Notes: a model not told the origin generated them from the sequence alone. Shown: positions 21,686 to 32,544, counted from the first letter of the stretch. The stretch is 64,000 nt of DNA from an uncultured delta proteobacterium (GCA_963745035.1 CAVUVW010000013.1:288001-352000), one strand, 5' to 3'. Numbers and translations: made by a program.

Positions 21686-21726
21686 AAAAAAAAACCATAC
21701 CCAGTCTTGGCGAAAAGGTATGGTTT
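21686..21726 (-). terminator. terminator-like hairpin with U-tract in the nuoA leader
   Basis: Minus strand AAACCATACC-N15-GGTATGGTTT followed by TTTTTT, ending about 16 nt before the nuoA ATG. Confidence 0.45.
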
Positions 21727-21957
21727 AAGGTCCAGGTCAAATCATCAAGATTGTTAAGTTTTTCTATGAAAAAAGTGGCGCGATGTCAAGGTAATAGGCG
21801 CTTGTGCGGTCTTCGCCAGGGATTCCGCGCGTCGCGTAGAGTTCACGTTGACGATGCGCCGAAGTCGGTGTTAATCGTGTGATCGTCCTGCGCAGACCGG
21901 CTTACAGACCTTTGTGAACATCTAGACAAGAACGGCAACAAATCGGCGGGAGTCCTT

Positions 21958-23320
21958 ATGATTTATCAAGCTGACAAGGGCAACTTCACGATCGCCCTGG
22001 CCGGCGACACGATGCTCACGCGGAAACTCACGCCATTCAAAGAGGAACGATTCCTGGCCTTGCGCGAAACACTTGCGCGGCGCCGATGCCGCGTTCGCCA
22101 ATCTCGAAGGCACCGTTCATACCTGGGACGAAGGCACCCCGGGCATCACCCAGGGCACCTTCATGACCACCGAGCCCAAGTTGCTCGAGGATTTGAAGTG
22201 GCTCGGCATCAATATGGTTTCCTGCGCCAACAACCATGCCTTCGACTACGGCGAAGACGGCGTGCTCGCGAATATTCGACACCTGGATGACGCCGGCATC
22301 GTTCATGCGGGCACGGGACGCAATCTCGCCCAAGCGCGCGCTCCGGCCTATTTGGACACGCCCAACGGCCGCGTCGCCCTGGTCGCGGCGACCGCGACGT
22401 TCAGACCTTGGAATCAAGCGGGCGAGCAGCGGCCGGACCTGCGCGGCCGGCCGGGAATCAATCCCCTCGGCTTTCAAACCACCTACCACGTCGATGGCGC
22501 CGCGTTCGATCAACTCGAACGCATCAGCCGTGAGCTCGGCTTCGAGAAAAGCCATGAACGGGCGCGCAAGCATTTCTACAGCGATAAGGAGATTCCCGAC
22601 GCCAAATCCGCGGAATTGAGCTTGCTAGGCAATCGTTACGTGCGCGGCGAGGGTTTCTCGATCGAAACCCAAGCCAACGAGCGCGACCTGCAAGATAACC
22701 TGCGTTGGATTCGCGAGGCAAGGCGCCAAGCGGACTGGTTGATCGTGAGCGTTCACTGCCACGAGTTTGGCGGCGCAAGCTTGCTCACCGCCGGGAGCCG
22801 AGCGGAGCTCGAAGAAACCGCCGACTTCGTCACCCGCTTCGCGCACCAGGCGATCGACGAAGGCGCCGACATCTTCGTCGGCCACGGCTCGCACTTTCCC
22901 ATGGGCATTGAAATTTACAAAGGCAAGCCGATTTTCTACAGCGTCGGCAATTTCATCTTTCAAAATGAAACCGTCGGGTTTTTCCCGGCGGACGCCTACG
23001 AAAGGTTCGACCTCGATCTTCGAGCGACGCCGTCCGACTTTCTCGACGCCAGAACCGCCGGCGGGAAAAAGGGCCATCCCGCCGAACCGGCCTATTGGGA
23101 AAACATGTTCGCCATCTGCGAGTTCGCAGAGCGCAAGCTCAAGGAAATCAGAATCTATCCCATCGACCAGGGCTTCGGCAGACCGCGCCCGCAAAGAGGC
23201 AGGCCGTTGCTTGCCGAAGGCGAAGTAGCCGAGCGCGTGCTTGATCGTGTCGCTCGCCTGTCAAAGCGCTACGGCACTAACGTCGCCGTTCGCAATGGTG
23301 TAGGCCTGATCGAAATCTGA
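21958..23320 (+). CDS. CapA (PGA_cap) family metallophosphoesterase-like protein (frameshift near 22070)
   Basis: IALAGDTM, FANLE, ANNHAFDYG, SVHCHE, VGHGSH and FYSVGNF. GGGAG RBS. Confidence 0.9.
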
Positions 23321-23329
23321 CGGCGGTCT

Positions 23330-24424
23330 TCATGACTCCGCCAAAATTTCCTTCACCCGCTTGATGACCTCGGGCGGCTGGGTGACCGTATCGATCATCT
23401 TCTTTTGCAGCTGCTCGCCGCTCAGGAAAGTCGCGCCGTCCCAATCCAAAAGTTTTTTTGCGTCGGCGGCAAACTCGCCGTCCTTCAGCATGCGCTCGAA
23501 GCTATCACGGAGAATCTGCAGCCGCTCCTTGGGCACGCCGGGCGGCGCGGCAAAAGGTCGGTCGAACTCAGTGTAGGCGAGCATTACGTTCATTAACGTG
23601 AGATAAGGTTTCCCCTCCGGCCGCGCCAATTCGACGATTGTCGGGACCGGCGGCAGCAATGGGCTTTTGTCCGGACCCTGCTGGACTACGAACGTGACAT
23701 AATTGTCCTTAATCCATCGGTTCCAGGGTTCGCGAATGACCGTAATATCTGATGTTGCCCGGCAGTCGATTTCACCGCGCTCCAGCCCCAGGTCGGTGTC
23801 GCGCCCGGACTTGAATCCGGTGACATTTTTGACCTTCAAGTCGAGAATCTTCTCCATCAGGTTGGCGAACACGTAGCTGATGCTGCCGGTCCCCGATTGA
23901 CCGAAGCGCGGCGGCGTTTTCGCGGCGCGGATGGCCGCGGCCGTTTTGTATTCGGTATCCGAACGGCAGGCGACCATCATGGGCGACTTGTTGAAGCTGC
24001 CGATCCAACTGAGTTTGCGAAAATCGGTCTTCACCTCCGAGCGGCCGACTATTTGCTCGATGTAATTGGCGCGGCTTATGGCCGCGATCGTGAGACCATC
24101 GGATTTAGCGACATTGTAAAGATGATTGGCCGCGACAACCCCGCCCGCGCCCGGCATATTTTGCACGATGATATTCGGATTGCCCGGTATGTGTTTACCC
24201 AGGTAGCGCCCGACCAAACGCGCGCTGATATCCGTGGTCGCGCCCGGCCCGCTGGCGACCAGGAGCTGCATCGTCTTTCCTTCAAAAAACGATTTGTCTG
24301 CCTGCGCCCACGATCCTTGCGCGCCGACAAACATGACCAGGATGGTCAAACAAACCGCGCTGTCTCGGCTTTGTTTCCGACGGCGGATTTTTTGCGGCGG
24401 CATCGTGAACCTCCTCGGGAACAC
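23330..24424 (-). CDS. tripartite tricarboxylate transporter substrate-binding protein (Bug/TctC family)
   Basis: FFEGKT...GPGATTD..AR..., HIPGNP.IIVQNMPGAGG, ERGEID and RPFAAPPGVP. Start codon uncertain. Confidence 0.88.
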   Translation of the reverse strand: MFPRRFTMPPQKIRRRKQSRDSAVCLTILVMFVGAQGSWAQADKSFFEGKTMQLLVASGPGATTDISARLVGRYLGKHIPGNPNIIVQNMPGAGGVVAANHLYNVAKSDGLTIAAISRANYIEQIVGRSEVKTDFRKLSWIGSFNKSPMMVACRSDTEYKTAAAIRAAKTPPRFGQSGTGSISYVFANLMEKILDLKVKNVTGFKSGRDTDLGLERGEIDCRATSDITVIREPWNRWIKDNYVTFVVQQGPDKSPLLPPVPTIVELARPEGKPYLTLMNVMLAYTEFDRPFAAPPGVPKERLQILRDSFERMLKDGEFAADAKKLLDWDGATFLSGEQLQKKMIDTVTQPPEVIKRVKEILAES

Positions 24425-24461
24425 TCAGCTCATAAGACGTCCGCGGTTTCGCTGCTCAACC

Positions 24462-25931
24462 TCAGAGACCCTGCACCGCCGCGTTTCGTCCCGCCAGCCT
24501 GGAGAAAACCACGTTCCGCGTCTGACCGGTACAGGATGGATAGTTATGGAAGAACAATCCGACAATGTCACCGGAAGCGAACAGGCCGCGGATCGGATTG
24601 TTGGATGTGTTCAGCACCTGCGCTTGGGTATTGATCTGCAAGCCGCCAAAGGTGAACGTGATGCCACCGGTAATCGCGTAAGCCCAGTACGGCGGTTTGT
24701 CGATGGTATCAGCCCAGTTGGATTTCTTCGGGGCAATGCCTTCGGTGCAGCGGCCGTCCAGTTTGGTGGCGTCGAACGGGATGTCCTTGCGGATGGAATC
24801 GTTGAACTCTCGAATCGTGTGATGGAGCACGGCCGGTTCGATGCTGATCTTTGCCGCCAGTTCCTCGATCGTGTCGGCTTCGATCGGATGGGAGAACTCG
24901 TAATAACGCTTGTTCAAAAGATGCGTCGCCTTCTGATCGTAGATTTGGTACGCCACCGCTCCGGGTTGGCCCAACACGGCCCAGCCCGTCTTGGCGTAGG
25001 TGTACGAATGGCGCGCTTCGCCCTCGTCGAAAAAGCGCTGGCCCAGGGAATTCACCGTGATGCCGTAGGTGTAGCCGTAACGGTTGGCCTTGTTGCTGAT
25101 CTCGACATCGGGAAAAGTGGCGTCGATGGGCGTGGCATGCGCGCCCTGCCAATGGCCTGCGGTTTTGGCGCCGAGGTCGATGGCCATCATTAAAACTTCG
25201 CCCGTGTCATGCTTGCTGCCGCGCACCTTCATTAGATCCGCATTAGGCCCGAGATAGCGCGCGCGTTTTTCCGCGCTGGCTTGGAAACCGCCGGCGCAGA
25301 GAATCACCGAGCCGCTGCGAATTTCATATTCTTCATTAGGATCGGAAACCCTGACACCGTCGATATGACGATCGTTGCCGAGCAGAGCGGCGACCTTCGA
25401 CTCGTAGCGCAACTCGATACCCATCTTGGTGGCGATCGCGCGCCACTGCATGAGCTGATCGAGGCCGCCGCCGACTCCGCCGGTCGGGTGAATCACCATT
25501 CCCGGCTCGAAATAATAGCGGCCGTCGATGATGACGTGGCTGTCGATGTCCCATTTGATGCCGACCTCGCGCATCCAATGGATTGCCGCGGTCGACTGAG
25601 AAACGAGTACGTCGGACAATTCTTTATTGATCCGACCGCGGGTCACGCGCTGCAAGTCGCTATGAAACTGTTCGGCGGTATAAGCCGGAATATGCAGTTT
25701 CGCAAACATGGCGTCATCCATGTCCGGCAGGAACTGGCGAATCTCTTCGGCGCCGGAAAATACCCAGCGAAAACCGGTGTGGGAAAAACGCGCATTGCCG
25801 CCGAATTCCGGCTCCGGCGCTTTTTCGAGCATCACCACTTTCGGCGCGCCCGCCTGTTTCGCCGCTACCGCCGCCTCGAACGCGGCGCTGCCGCCGCCGA
25901 CCACGACCACGGGGATATTTTCAGTTCTCAT
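24462..25931 (-). CDS. tcuA: FAD-dependent tricarballylate dehydrogenase TcuA-like flavoprotein
   Basis: VVVGGGSAA, GGNARFS, CAGGFQAS..KRARYLG, GQRFFDEG, GITFTFGGL and GLFFHNYP. Confidence 0.85.
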   Translation of the reverse strand: MRTENIPVVVVGGGSAAFEAAVAAKQAGAPKVVMLEKAPEPEFGGNARFSHTGFRWVFSGAEEIRQFLPDMDDAMFAKLHIPAYTAEQFHSDLQRVTRGRINKELSDVLVSQSTAAIHWMREVGIKWDIDSHVIIDGRYYFEPGMVIHPTGGVGGGLDQLMQWRAIATKMGIELRYESKVAALLGNDRHIDGVRVSDPNEEYEIRSGSVILCAGGFQASAEKRARYLGPNADLMKVRGSKHDTGEVLMMAIDLGAKTAGHWQGAHATPIDATFPDVEISNKANRYGYTYGITVNSLGQRFFDEGEARHSYTYAKTGWAVLGQPGAVAYQIYDQKATHLLNKRYYEFSHPIEADTIEELAAKISIEPAVLHHTIREFNDSIRKDIPFDATKLDGRCTEGIAPKKSNWADTIDKPPYWAYAITGGITFTFGGLQINTQAQVLNTSNNPIRGLFASGDIVGLFFHNYPSCTGQTRNVVFSRLAGRNAAVQGL

Positions 25932-25984
25932 GTTTCACTCTCGATTTCGATGACGGTTTCACCGGCAGCGAAGGCATGGCGGTA

Positions 25985-26186
25985 GATTGCACGTCAAGGC
26001 CGTGTTTCTTCAACAGGCCGCGCTCGCACGCGCCACCCACGGCGGTCACGTTTTACCTGTCCTGCTGCTCGAAACGAAGTTGGTGAGCGTCTGCGCCGTC
26101 GCCAAAGCCGGCGCGACGACACGGACCGCCACCGCAGGAACGGTGAGAAAAACGCGATGGCAGCTCCATCGGCTGCCACGGATCAT
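25985..26186 (-). pseudogene. degraded N-terminal remnant of a NitT/TauT substrate-binding protein
   Basis: Signal-like start, an in-frame stop, then PPWVA and (after a shift) ERGLLKKHGLDVQ, the typical SBP N-terminal motif. The rest is absent. Confidence 0.55.
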
Positions 26187-26196
26187 TGCGGAGAGA

Positions 26197-26589
26197 TTAG
26201 TCCGGCTTTTTTTCGCCGACGGGTTGCACCGTCAAAAAGCCATGCTCGGAGATATCGAAAAAGTTGCCGTCGATATCCGAGGTGCGGGTTTCGGCATAGG
26301 GCCGGCCGTTGGGTCGCTGTTTGGGCAGCTTGTTGGGGTTATATTTCTTCAGGCGCTCGACGATTTTCTCGCCGTTCTCGACTTCGAAGCCGAAGTGATA
26401 CAGGCCGTTGGGCGACTGTTGCTCGTGGTTCGGCAAAATCGCCAGATTGAAGTAGCCGTCGGTGAGATAGATGACGCCGCCCTCGTTTTTGTCCTTGTGG
26501 AGGATCTGCATCTCGAACACATCCATATAAAATTGTGCAAGCTTCCCGGTATCTTCAGTGCGGATGGCCAAATGGCGAATTTTAGGCAT
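26197..26589 (-). CDS. VOC (glyoxalase) family protein
   Basis: IRHLAI, LTDGYFNLAIL, GLYHFGFEV and DIDGNFFDISE. GGAGG RBS. Confidence 0.9.
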   Translation of the reverse strand: MPKIRHLAIRTEDTGKLAQFYMDVFEMQILHKDKNEGGVIYLTDGYFNLAILPNHEQQSPNGLYHFGFEVENGEKIVERLKKYNPNKLPKQRPNGRPYAETRTSDIDGNFFDISEHGFLTVQPVGEKKPD

Positions 26590-26715
26590 AAAACCTCCGT
26601 GTGATGTTGTCGTTGTTAACCCTTAGTCCCGCGAGGCGGGAGTTGTCAAGCTAGGCTTTGCGATGGGGAAATTTGTACGCGAATGGAAGAATGCGATTCA
26701 ATAACCGGCAGCGAT

Positions 26716-28114
26716 TTAGTGAAGCTGAAGCTCGATTTGATCGCGGTCGACGATCAAGGGCAGCATGGCGTCGCGAATGACCTTTTCGCTCACTTCGCCG
26801 AATGTCTCCTTGAACCGATCGAGCGGCACCACCGCCTTGGCCATGGCTCGATGGCCGCCGGCGCTGCCGATGTGGTCGTAGAGCTTCTTCATGATTTCGC
26901 CGGCGCTTTTGACGTAGCCGACGTTGCGCACCGAGATCACCACCCGATTGTGCACCAGACCGGAAACCACGCTCCAATCGACGCCCTCGATCTGCAGGCA
27001 AAACTCGGCCATCTGCGGGATCACGTCTTCGCGGTTGATCTCGCCCAGATGAATCACCGCGACGCTGTTATCGACTTGCAGATGGCTCAAGGCGCGCCCC
27101 ATCGCTTCAAGATCTTCACGCGGCAATGCCGGCCGCTCGATCCGTGCGATCATCGCCTTATTGGCGAGCGGATAGAGAAAGTTGAACGCGCTCAAGTCGG
27201 CAAGATTGCTGCCGCGCTCCAGAAACAGCGTGTCGGTCTTGATGCCGTAAACGAGCGCCGTCGCCAGCCGCTGGGACGGCTCCATGCCGGCAGCGCGCAG
27301 ATATTCGGTAAAGATCGTCGAGGTCGCGCCGTAAGCGGTGCGTAGGTCGGCATACCTGGCTTTGAACGCCACGCGCCGGGGATGATGATCGACCACGAGA
27401 TCCACCCGGCCGAGCGGCTGGTCGAAATAGGGCGGCTGCACGTCGACCAGCGCCAGCCGGGCGCCCTCTTTGTGCAACTCCTGCTGGCTGATCCGCTCGA
27501 TCTGAATGTCGAGCAGGCGAATCATCATCAAGTTTTCCGGCCGGGTAATTTCGCCGAAGGTCACGATCGGTGTGGTCGCGCGGTTGCGTCCGAGCAGCTC
27601 GCGGAGCGCCAGCGCGCTGCCGATCGCGTCGGGGTCCGGATCGTGCTGCAACAAAATGTGAATCTTGCTGGCTTCGGCGAACAGCGAGCGGATGCGCTCG
27701 ACCTTTTTCACGTTCATCGTGTCGAGGAGCTGCGAGGCGCAGAATTCCTCGAAGATATCGGGCAGCATCAAATGGCGCAGCAATGGGTCGGCGGACTCCC
27801 GCTTGCCGTTGCCGGCGGAAGACAGCGAGACGATGGACATCCCTTTGTCGAGCTCGCGCAGCAGCCGGCACACGCGCTTTTGCAAATCCGCGATCGCGGA
27901 TGAACACGATCGCCTGATCGACGTAGTGAAGCTTGATTTTCTTGTAGGTCTCTTCCTTGAGCAGATCGCCATGGCGCACCTTGCCGCCCTGGCGCCGGAT
28001 CGATCGGGCCACTGCTTCATTGGGCACCAGATAAACGACCTCGCCCTGCTCGTCCGCGACATTGCGCATGAACTGAAATAAGAGATCGTCCTCGCAAATG
28101 GCTAGGTATTGCAT
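26716..28114 (-). CDS. DHH/DHHA1 phosphoesterase with a degenerate N-terminal RCK(TrkA-N)-like domain (frameshift near 27895)
   Basis: HDPDPDAIGSA, LVDV, VDHH, YGIKTDT and SAGGHRAMA. N-term VRHGDLLKEETY..IKL..VDQAIVF. Confidence 0.85.
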
Positions 28115-28338
28115 CGATGTGTCCCGCTGCGGAGCTAGCGCGGGCGTTCTTGCGAAAGGAGATTGGCGGCCGGATCTCTGATGAGCACGGGCGCAAGTCT
28201 AGCACCTAGATTTTGGCAAAGCTAGGGCATAAAATCGGCCGTAAACCTGAGAAATTTTCTATATTAAGGATCGCCCGCCGCGCGAAAGCCGGTGCCCGGT
28301 CGTTTTGGCCGGGAGCGCGGCAGCGGTGAAGCGCGGCG

Positions 28339-29365
28339 CTACTTCGTCGCCATAATCAGGGTCGTTCCCGGGAGCGTCTGGGGGATATCGTCATGCGTTG
28401 CGATGGCGCCGAATCCGGCTTTTTTCAGCCAGTCGGAATACTCCGACAACGTCCAGCACTCTCCTTCCGGAGTGTGGGTCAGCGTATAGACGGAAAAGCG
28501 CAACGCGAAGGTCGGCTCGGTGCGCTCTTCGTTGGGCACGAAATCGTTGACGACGAAAATGCCGCCCGGCTTCAACGCCGAATGGGCCTTGGCGAATAAT
28601 CTCTGATTGCCCGCGGGCGATTCGAAGCGGCAGAAATTACTCGCCAGACCAGATCGTAGTGATCGGTTTCGAGCGTCGCGCTGTGATGCTCGCCGTCGAT
28701 AAAGCGGATCTTGCCGTCGAGGCCGCGCTCGCGATTGAGTTTTTTCGCCACCGCGTTGACGTTGGGCCAGTCGAGCTGGGTGACCCGCGCCGTCGGATCG
28801 CGCGCCAAGATCGTCATGCCGAAGATGCTCGAGCCGCCGGCGATATCGAGCACTTTGATGCCCTTGCGCGCGCCGCCGATCTTGAGCACATCGCAGAGCG
28901 CCTTGGCCGCCGGCTCGGCGATGACGATGATGCCGAGCACGAGCTTTTCCCAGACCTGCAATTCCGCCCCGGTGTCCATGCGGCTGAGCGGCTTGCCGGT
29001 CTTGAGCGACTCTTTGAGATGCGCCATGCCGTCCCACAGCGCCAGCGCCACGTGGCGAAAGTCGCCGACGTAAGAAGGCTTCCCCCGCACCAGGAAAACC
29101 TCCGCCGTCGGCGTCAGAAAATATTGGCCGTCGCGCTTCTCCACCAGCCCGAGCGCCGGCAGGCTGTCGAGCACGATGCGCGTGGCGCGCGGATCGGTGC
29201 CGGCCGCGCGCGCTACTTCCGATGAAGTGCGCGCGCCTTCGTCGAATCAAAGTAAAAAAATCGTACTCGAGCGCGGCGTCGAGAATCCGGCTATTGGCGA
29301 AGTCGCCGAGGATGCGCATCAGCGGCCGCGGCGACACTTCCTGTGATGCGGTGCTGATCCGCCAT
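28339..29365 (-). CDS. class I SAM-dependent O-methyltransferase (Methyltransf_2 with dimerisation domain), frameshifted
   Basis: SRILDAALEYDFFT, LPALGLVEKRDGQYFLT, VLDIAGGSS and ALKPGGIFVVNDF across three frames. Confidence 0.88.
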
Positions 29366-29367
29366 GA

Positions 29368-30162
29368 TTAGACTTTATAAAACCCTTCCTTTTTGACGTA
29401 CTGGTAAACCCCCTCGAAGAACCAGGCGAAGTACGCCGTGCCCATGCGCAGGCAATACTCCAGATTGAAGCCGGGGCGCGTTTCCGCCTTGCCCTCTTCG
29501 AGCATTTTTTTGAGAACCATCCAGTCCAGGTCGGCATGCGCCATCACGCCGTCATGCTCTTCGAGGTCGGCGGCGGCGTGGACGCGGAAATAGACGATCT
29601 TTTCCTCGGGCATGTGATAAACCTTGCGCAGCGCGCCGCCGAAAAACCGCGCCCAGTGCCCCACCGCTTCTTCGACGCAGAACGACGCCCACCACTCGAC
29701 CATCGTGCCTTCGTAGAGCACCCCACGATAATATTCGAGAAACGCGCGGCATTCGGCCAGCATCTCGTACTCGACCATGTCTTCGTTCTTGAGGCCGAAG
29801 TTGCGCCCCTGTTCGAGCACGATCTGGATATGCCCCGGCGGCTTGGGGTGCATCATCTCGTCGGACACGTGCGCGGCGAAATGCTTTTGCAGCTCGGGAT
29901 GGCGCTTGAAAAACGGCAAGTGGCGTTGGTAAGCGACGCCGTGAAAATTATTGATCTCGGCGACAAAGCCGTACCAGTTTTGCCAGAAGACTTGAATCGC
30001 CTCCATCGGCAAGGCGCCGTTGCCCATGTCGGCGTGAAATCGCCCTTTGATCAGCCACCGGTCGGCGATGTCGAGCAAATACTTTTTCAGATCCGCGATC
30101 ACCGCGTCGGCTTCCTGCGGCGCAAGCTTTTTGCCGGAAAAATCTTGTCTGCCCAGTCCCAT
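29368..30162 (-). CDS. heme-oxygenase-like diiron (TenA/PqqC/CADD superfamily) redox enzyme
   Basis: Predicted all-helical. DEMMHPKPPGH, CVEE and YFRVHAAADLEEH..H putative dimetal ligands. GGAG RBS. Confidence 0.78.
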   Translation of the reverse strand: MGLGRQDFSGKKLAPQEADAVIADLKKYLLDIADRWLIKGRFHADMGNGALPMEAIQVFWQNWYGFVAEINNFHGVAYQRHLPFFKRHPELQKHFAAHVSDEMMHPKPPGHIQIVLEQGRNFGLKNEDMVEYEMLAECRAFLEYYRGVLYEGTMVEWWASFCVEEAVGHWARFFGGALRKVYHMPEEKIVYFRVHAAADLEEHDGVMAHADLDWMVLKKMLEEGKAETRPGFNLEYCLRMGTAYFAWFFEGVYQYVKKEGFYKV

Positions 30163-30180
30163 AAAATCTCCTTTGCGGAG

Positions 30181-31666
30181 CTAGTACAAAGCTCCGGGAT
30201 TGAGAATATTGTTCGGATCGACCAATTGCTTGATCTCCTTGACGAGGTCGTAGAGGCTGCCGAGCCGCTGGTACGGCGCCGGTCCTTTGGTGCTGAGGGT
30301 CGGCGCGGTCCAGACCACGCCCCGTTCGTTGCTGAACTGCTGCACCATGCCCATCCACTTGCGCAGCTTGCCGACGTCTTCGTCGTCGTAGGGATTGTAA
30401 AAAACGAAGTACTCTTCTTTGATGCCGAAGTCGCGGGTGACGTAGCTGTCGTGCTGCGGCGAGTGCTCGGCGTCCCAGAGCCCGCATTCGCGCTTGGCCG
30501 CTTCGTCGAGGTCGTACATCTCTTTGAGAAACGTCAGCGGATACATCTTGGAGGTGACCGCAAACATGCCGGTGTGGCGCACCACCGTGCCGCACCAGCC
30601 GTCCGGCCCCATGATGTGCCAGTCGGGCCAGCCGTGCAGGCCGAACTCTTGCGCCTTGGCGCCCATCGCTTTGTCCGCGATCTCCGGCACGTCGACGCCG
30701 CCGGCGTCGCTGATAAATGCGCCGCATGCGCTTTTCCTTGAACGCAAGCTCCTCGGCGTCGCGCGCCAGCAGGACGGTCTTCAGAAAAAACCAGCCGTCG
30801 TCGGGAATCTTACTTTTATCGTACAAGCCCTCTGTCATCGGCCAGTGATATTGCCAGCGATCGGTGAAATGGATGTCGTAGACCGCTTCGCCTCTTACCT
30901 GCTCCATCAAAGCGGTCTGGACTTCGGCCAATTGATCGCGGCGAAACGCATAGCAGTAGTCGTGCAGCCACTCGCGCTCGCATTGGATGGCACGCAAGCA
31001 CACTTTGCTGATGATGCCCATCGATCCCGCGGCCAAGGTAAACAGGCCGAGCAGGTCCGGCAGATGAATCCATTTTTGAAACGGCCCGAAGGTAGTTCCC
31101 TGATTGGCCAGGGCGCCCAGGCGAATGGTTTCGCCGTTGGCCAAAATCACTTCCAGGCCGAGCACCATGTCGGCGATCCACCCGTAGCGCGTCATGCCGT
31201 AGCCGATGCCGCCCTTATTAATCATCGCGCCGATCACCACCGCCGGCCCGTAGGTGCCGAAATTGGGCAGCATCAGCCCGTGCTGCCTGAGCGCGTGGTG
31301 GATTGCGTAGACGCTGGCGCCGCCCTCGGCGATCACGTACTGCATCGTCGCATTCACTTCGAGGATCTTGTCCATGCCGAGCATGTCGAGCAGCAGGCCG
31401 CCCTTCAGCGGCGAGCTAATGCCCATGCCAACGCCGCCTTTGGCGACGATGGGAATTCTGTGCTCGTTGGCGAACCGCAAAATCTCGGCGACTTTATGAT
31501 TGCCGGCCGGGTCCGACTCGACGCGCACGATCACGTCGGGCAGCGCGCGATAAGCGCCGTAGGCGAGCGTGTGCTGATAATTGATTTTGTCGATGGGATT
31601 GGTCGAGACGCGCCGCGGCCCGACGATCTCTCTTAATCGCTCAGCAATCTCATCAACGGTAAGCAT
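30181..31666 (-). CDS. FAD-binding (FAD_binding_4, VAO/PCMH-type) oxidoreductase (frameshift near 30715)
   Basis: ILRFANEHRIPIVAKGG, LLLDMLGMDKILE, GLEVILANG, GSMGIISK and C-term DPNNILNPG. Confidence 0.87.
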
Positions 31667-31673
31667 GGCAAGC

Positions 31674-31770
31674 AATGGAGAATGAAAGAGAATGGCGAAT
31701 GAAACTTACGCTGCTGAGAGGCGGCTCAGTTCCAGCACTATCAATTCTCAATTATCCATTATCAATTATT
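31674..31770. repeat. intergenic heptamer-like repeat hairpin inside the radical SAM operon
   Basis: AATGGAG AATGAAAGAG AATGGCG AATG, a spacer, then TCAATTC TCAATTA TCCATTA TCAATTA. Confidence 0.7.
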
Positions 31771-32544
31771 TTAAAGCTGCAGATGGCTGCCGCCGGTGAT
31801 CAAGATATTGCTGCCGGTGAGCATAGCGGCCTCGTCGCCGGCCAAAAACGCGATGGCGCCGGCCACGTCCTCGGGATAGAGGTGCTTTTTCAGCGGCCGC
31901 GTCTCTTTGACCCTTTCTCGATAAGCTTCGGGCATGATCATCGACGCATCCGTCAGGGTAAACGCCGGCGTGACGACGTTGACGGCGATGCCCAACGGCC
32001 CGAGCTCAATGGCCATTGTGTTCGCCATCGATTCGAGCGCCGACTTGGCCGCGGCGTAGGCGCCCATGCGCGGCAGCGGCTGCTGCGCCAAGCGGGTGCT
32101 GACGACGATGATCCGCCCGGCCTTCTTTTCTTTCATCGCCGGCAGGCAGGCGCGTGCGCAATGAAAAAAAGCCGACAGCTCATGATCGACCGCGCGGTGA
32201 AAATTGTCCCAGGAGAGATCGTGCAGCGCGCCCACTTCGAAAGGAAAATAGGCGTTGTTCACCAGCACGTCGATGGGCCCCAGAGTTTGTCCCGCGGCCG
32301 TGACCATGGTTTCGACCGCTTCTTTCCGGGTCACGTCGGCTTGGAAAATCATGCCCCGGCCGCCGGCATCTACGGCTTGGCGCAGGACGTTTTCCGCGGC
32401 TTCTTTGTTTTGATGGTAATTGATGACGACCGCCGCGCCGCCCCCGGCGAGCCGAACCGCGGCGGCGGCGCCGATGCCGCGGCTTGCGCCGGTGACGAGG
32501 ACAACTTTGCCGTCGAGAGGCCGGTTGTTCGATGGGGCCGCCAT
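31771..32544 (-). CDS. short-chain dehydrogenase/reductase (FabG-like SDR)
   Basis: TGASRGIG, LVNNA and catalytic YAAAK. Confidence 0.92.
   Translation of the reverse strand: MAAPSNNRPLDGKVVLVTGASRGIGAAAAVRLAGGGAAVVINYHQNKEAAENVLRQAVDAGGRGMIFQADVTRKEAVETMVTAAGQTLGPIDVLVNNAYFPFEVGALHDLSWDNFHRAVDHELSAFFHCARACLPAMKEKKAGRIIVVSTRLAQQPLPRMGAYAAAKSALESMANTMAIELGPLGIAVNVVTPAFTLTDASMIMPEAYRERVKETRPLKKHLYPEDVAGAIAFLAGDEAAMLTGSNILITGGSHLQL

Noticed and set aside
21912-21929. Rex-like box TTGTGAA-CATC-TAGACAA
   Set aside because: Two mismatches in one half-site and about 240 bp from nuoA; too weak without a genome-wide motif.
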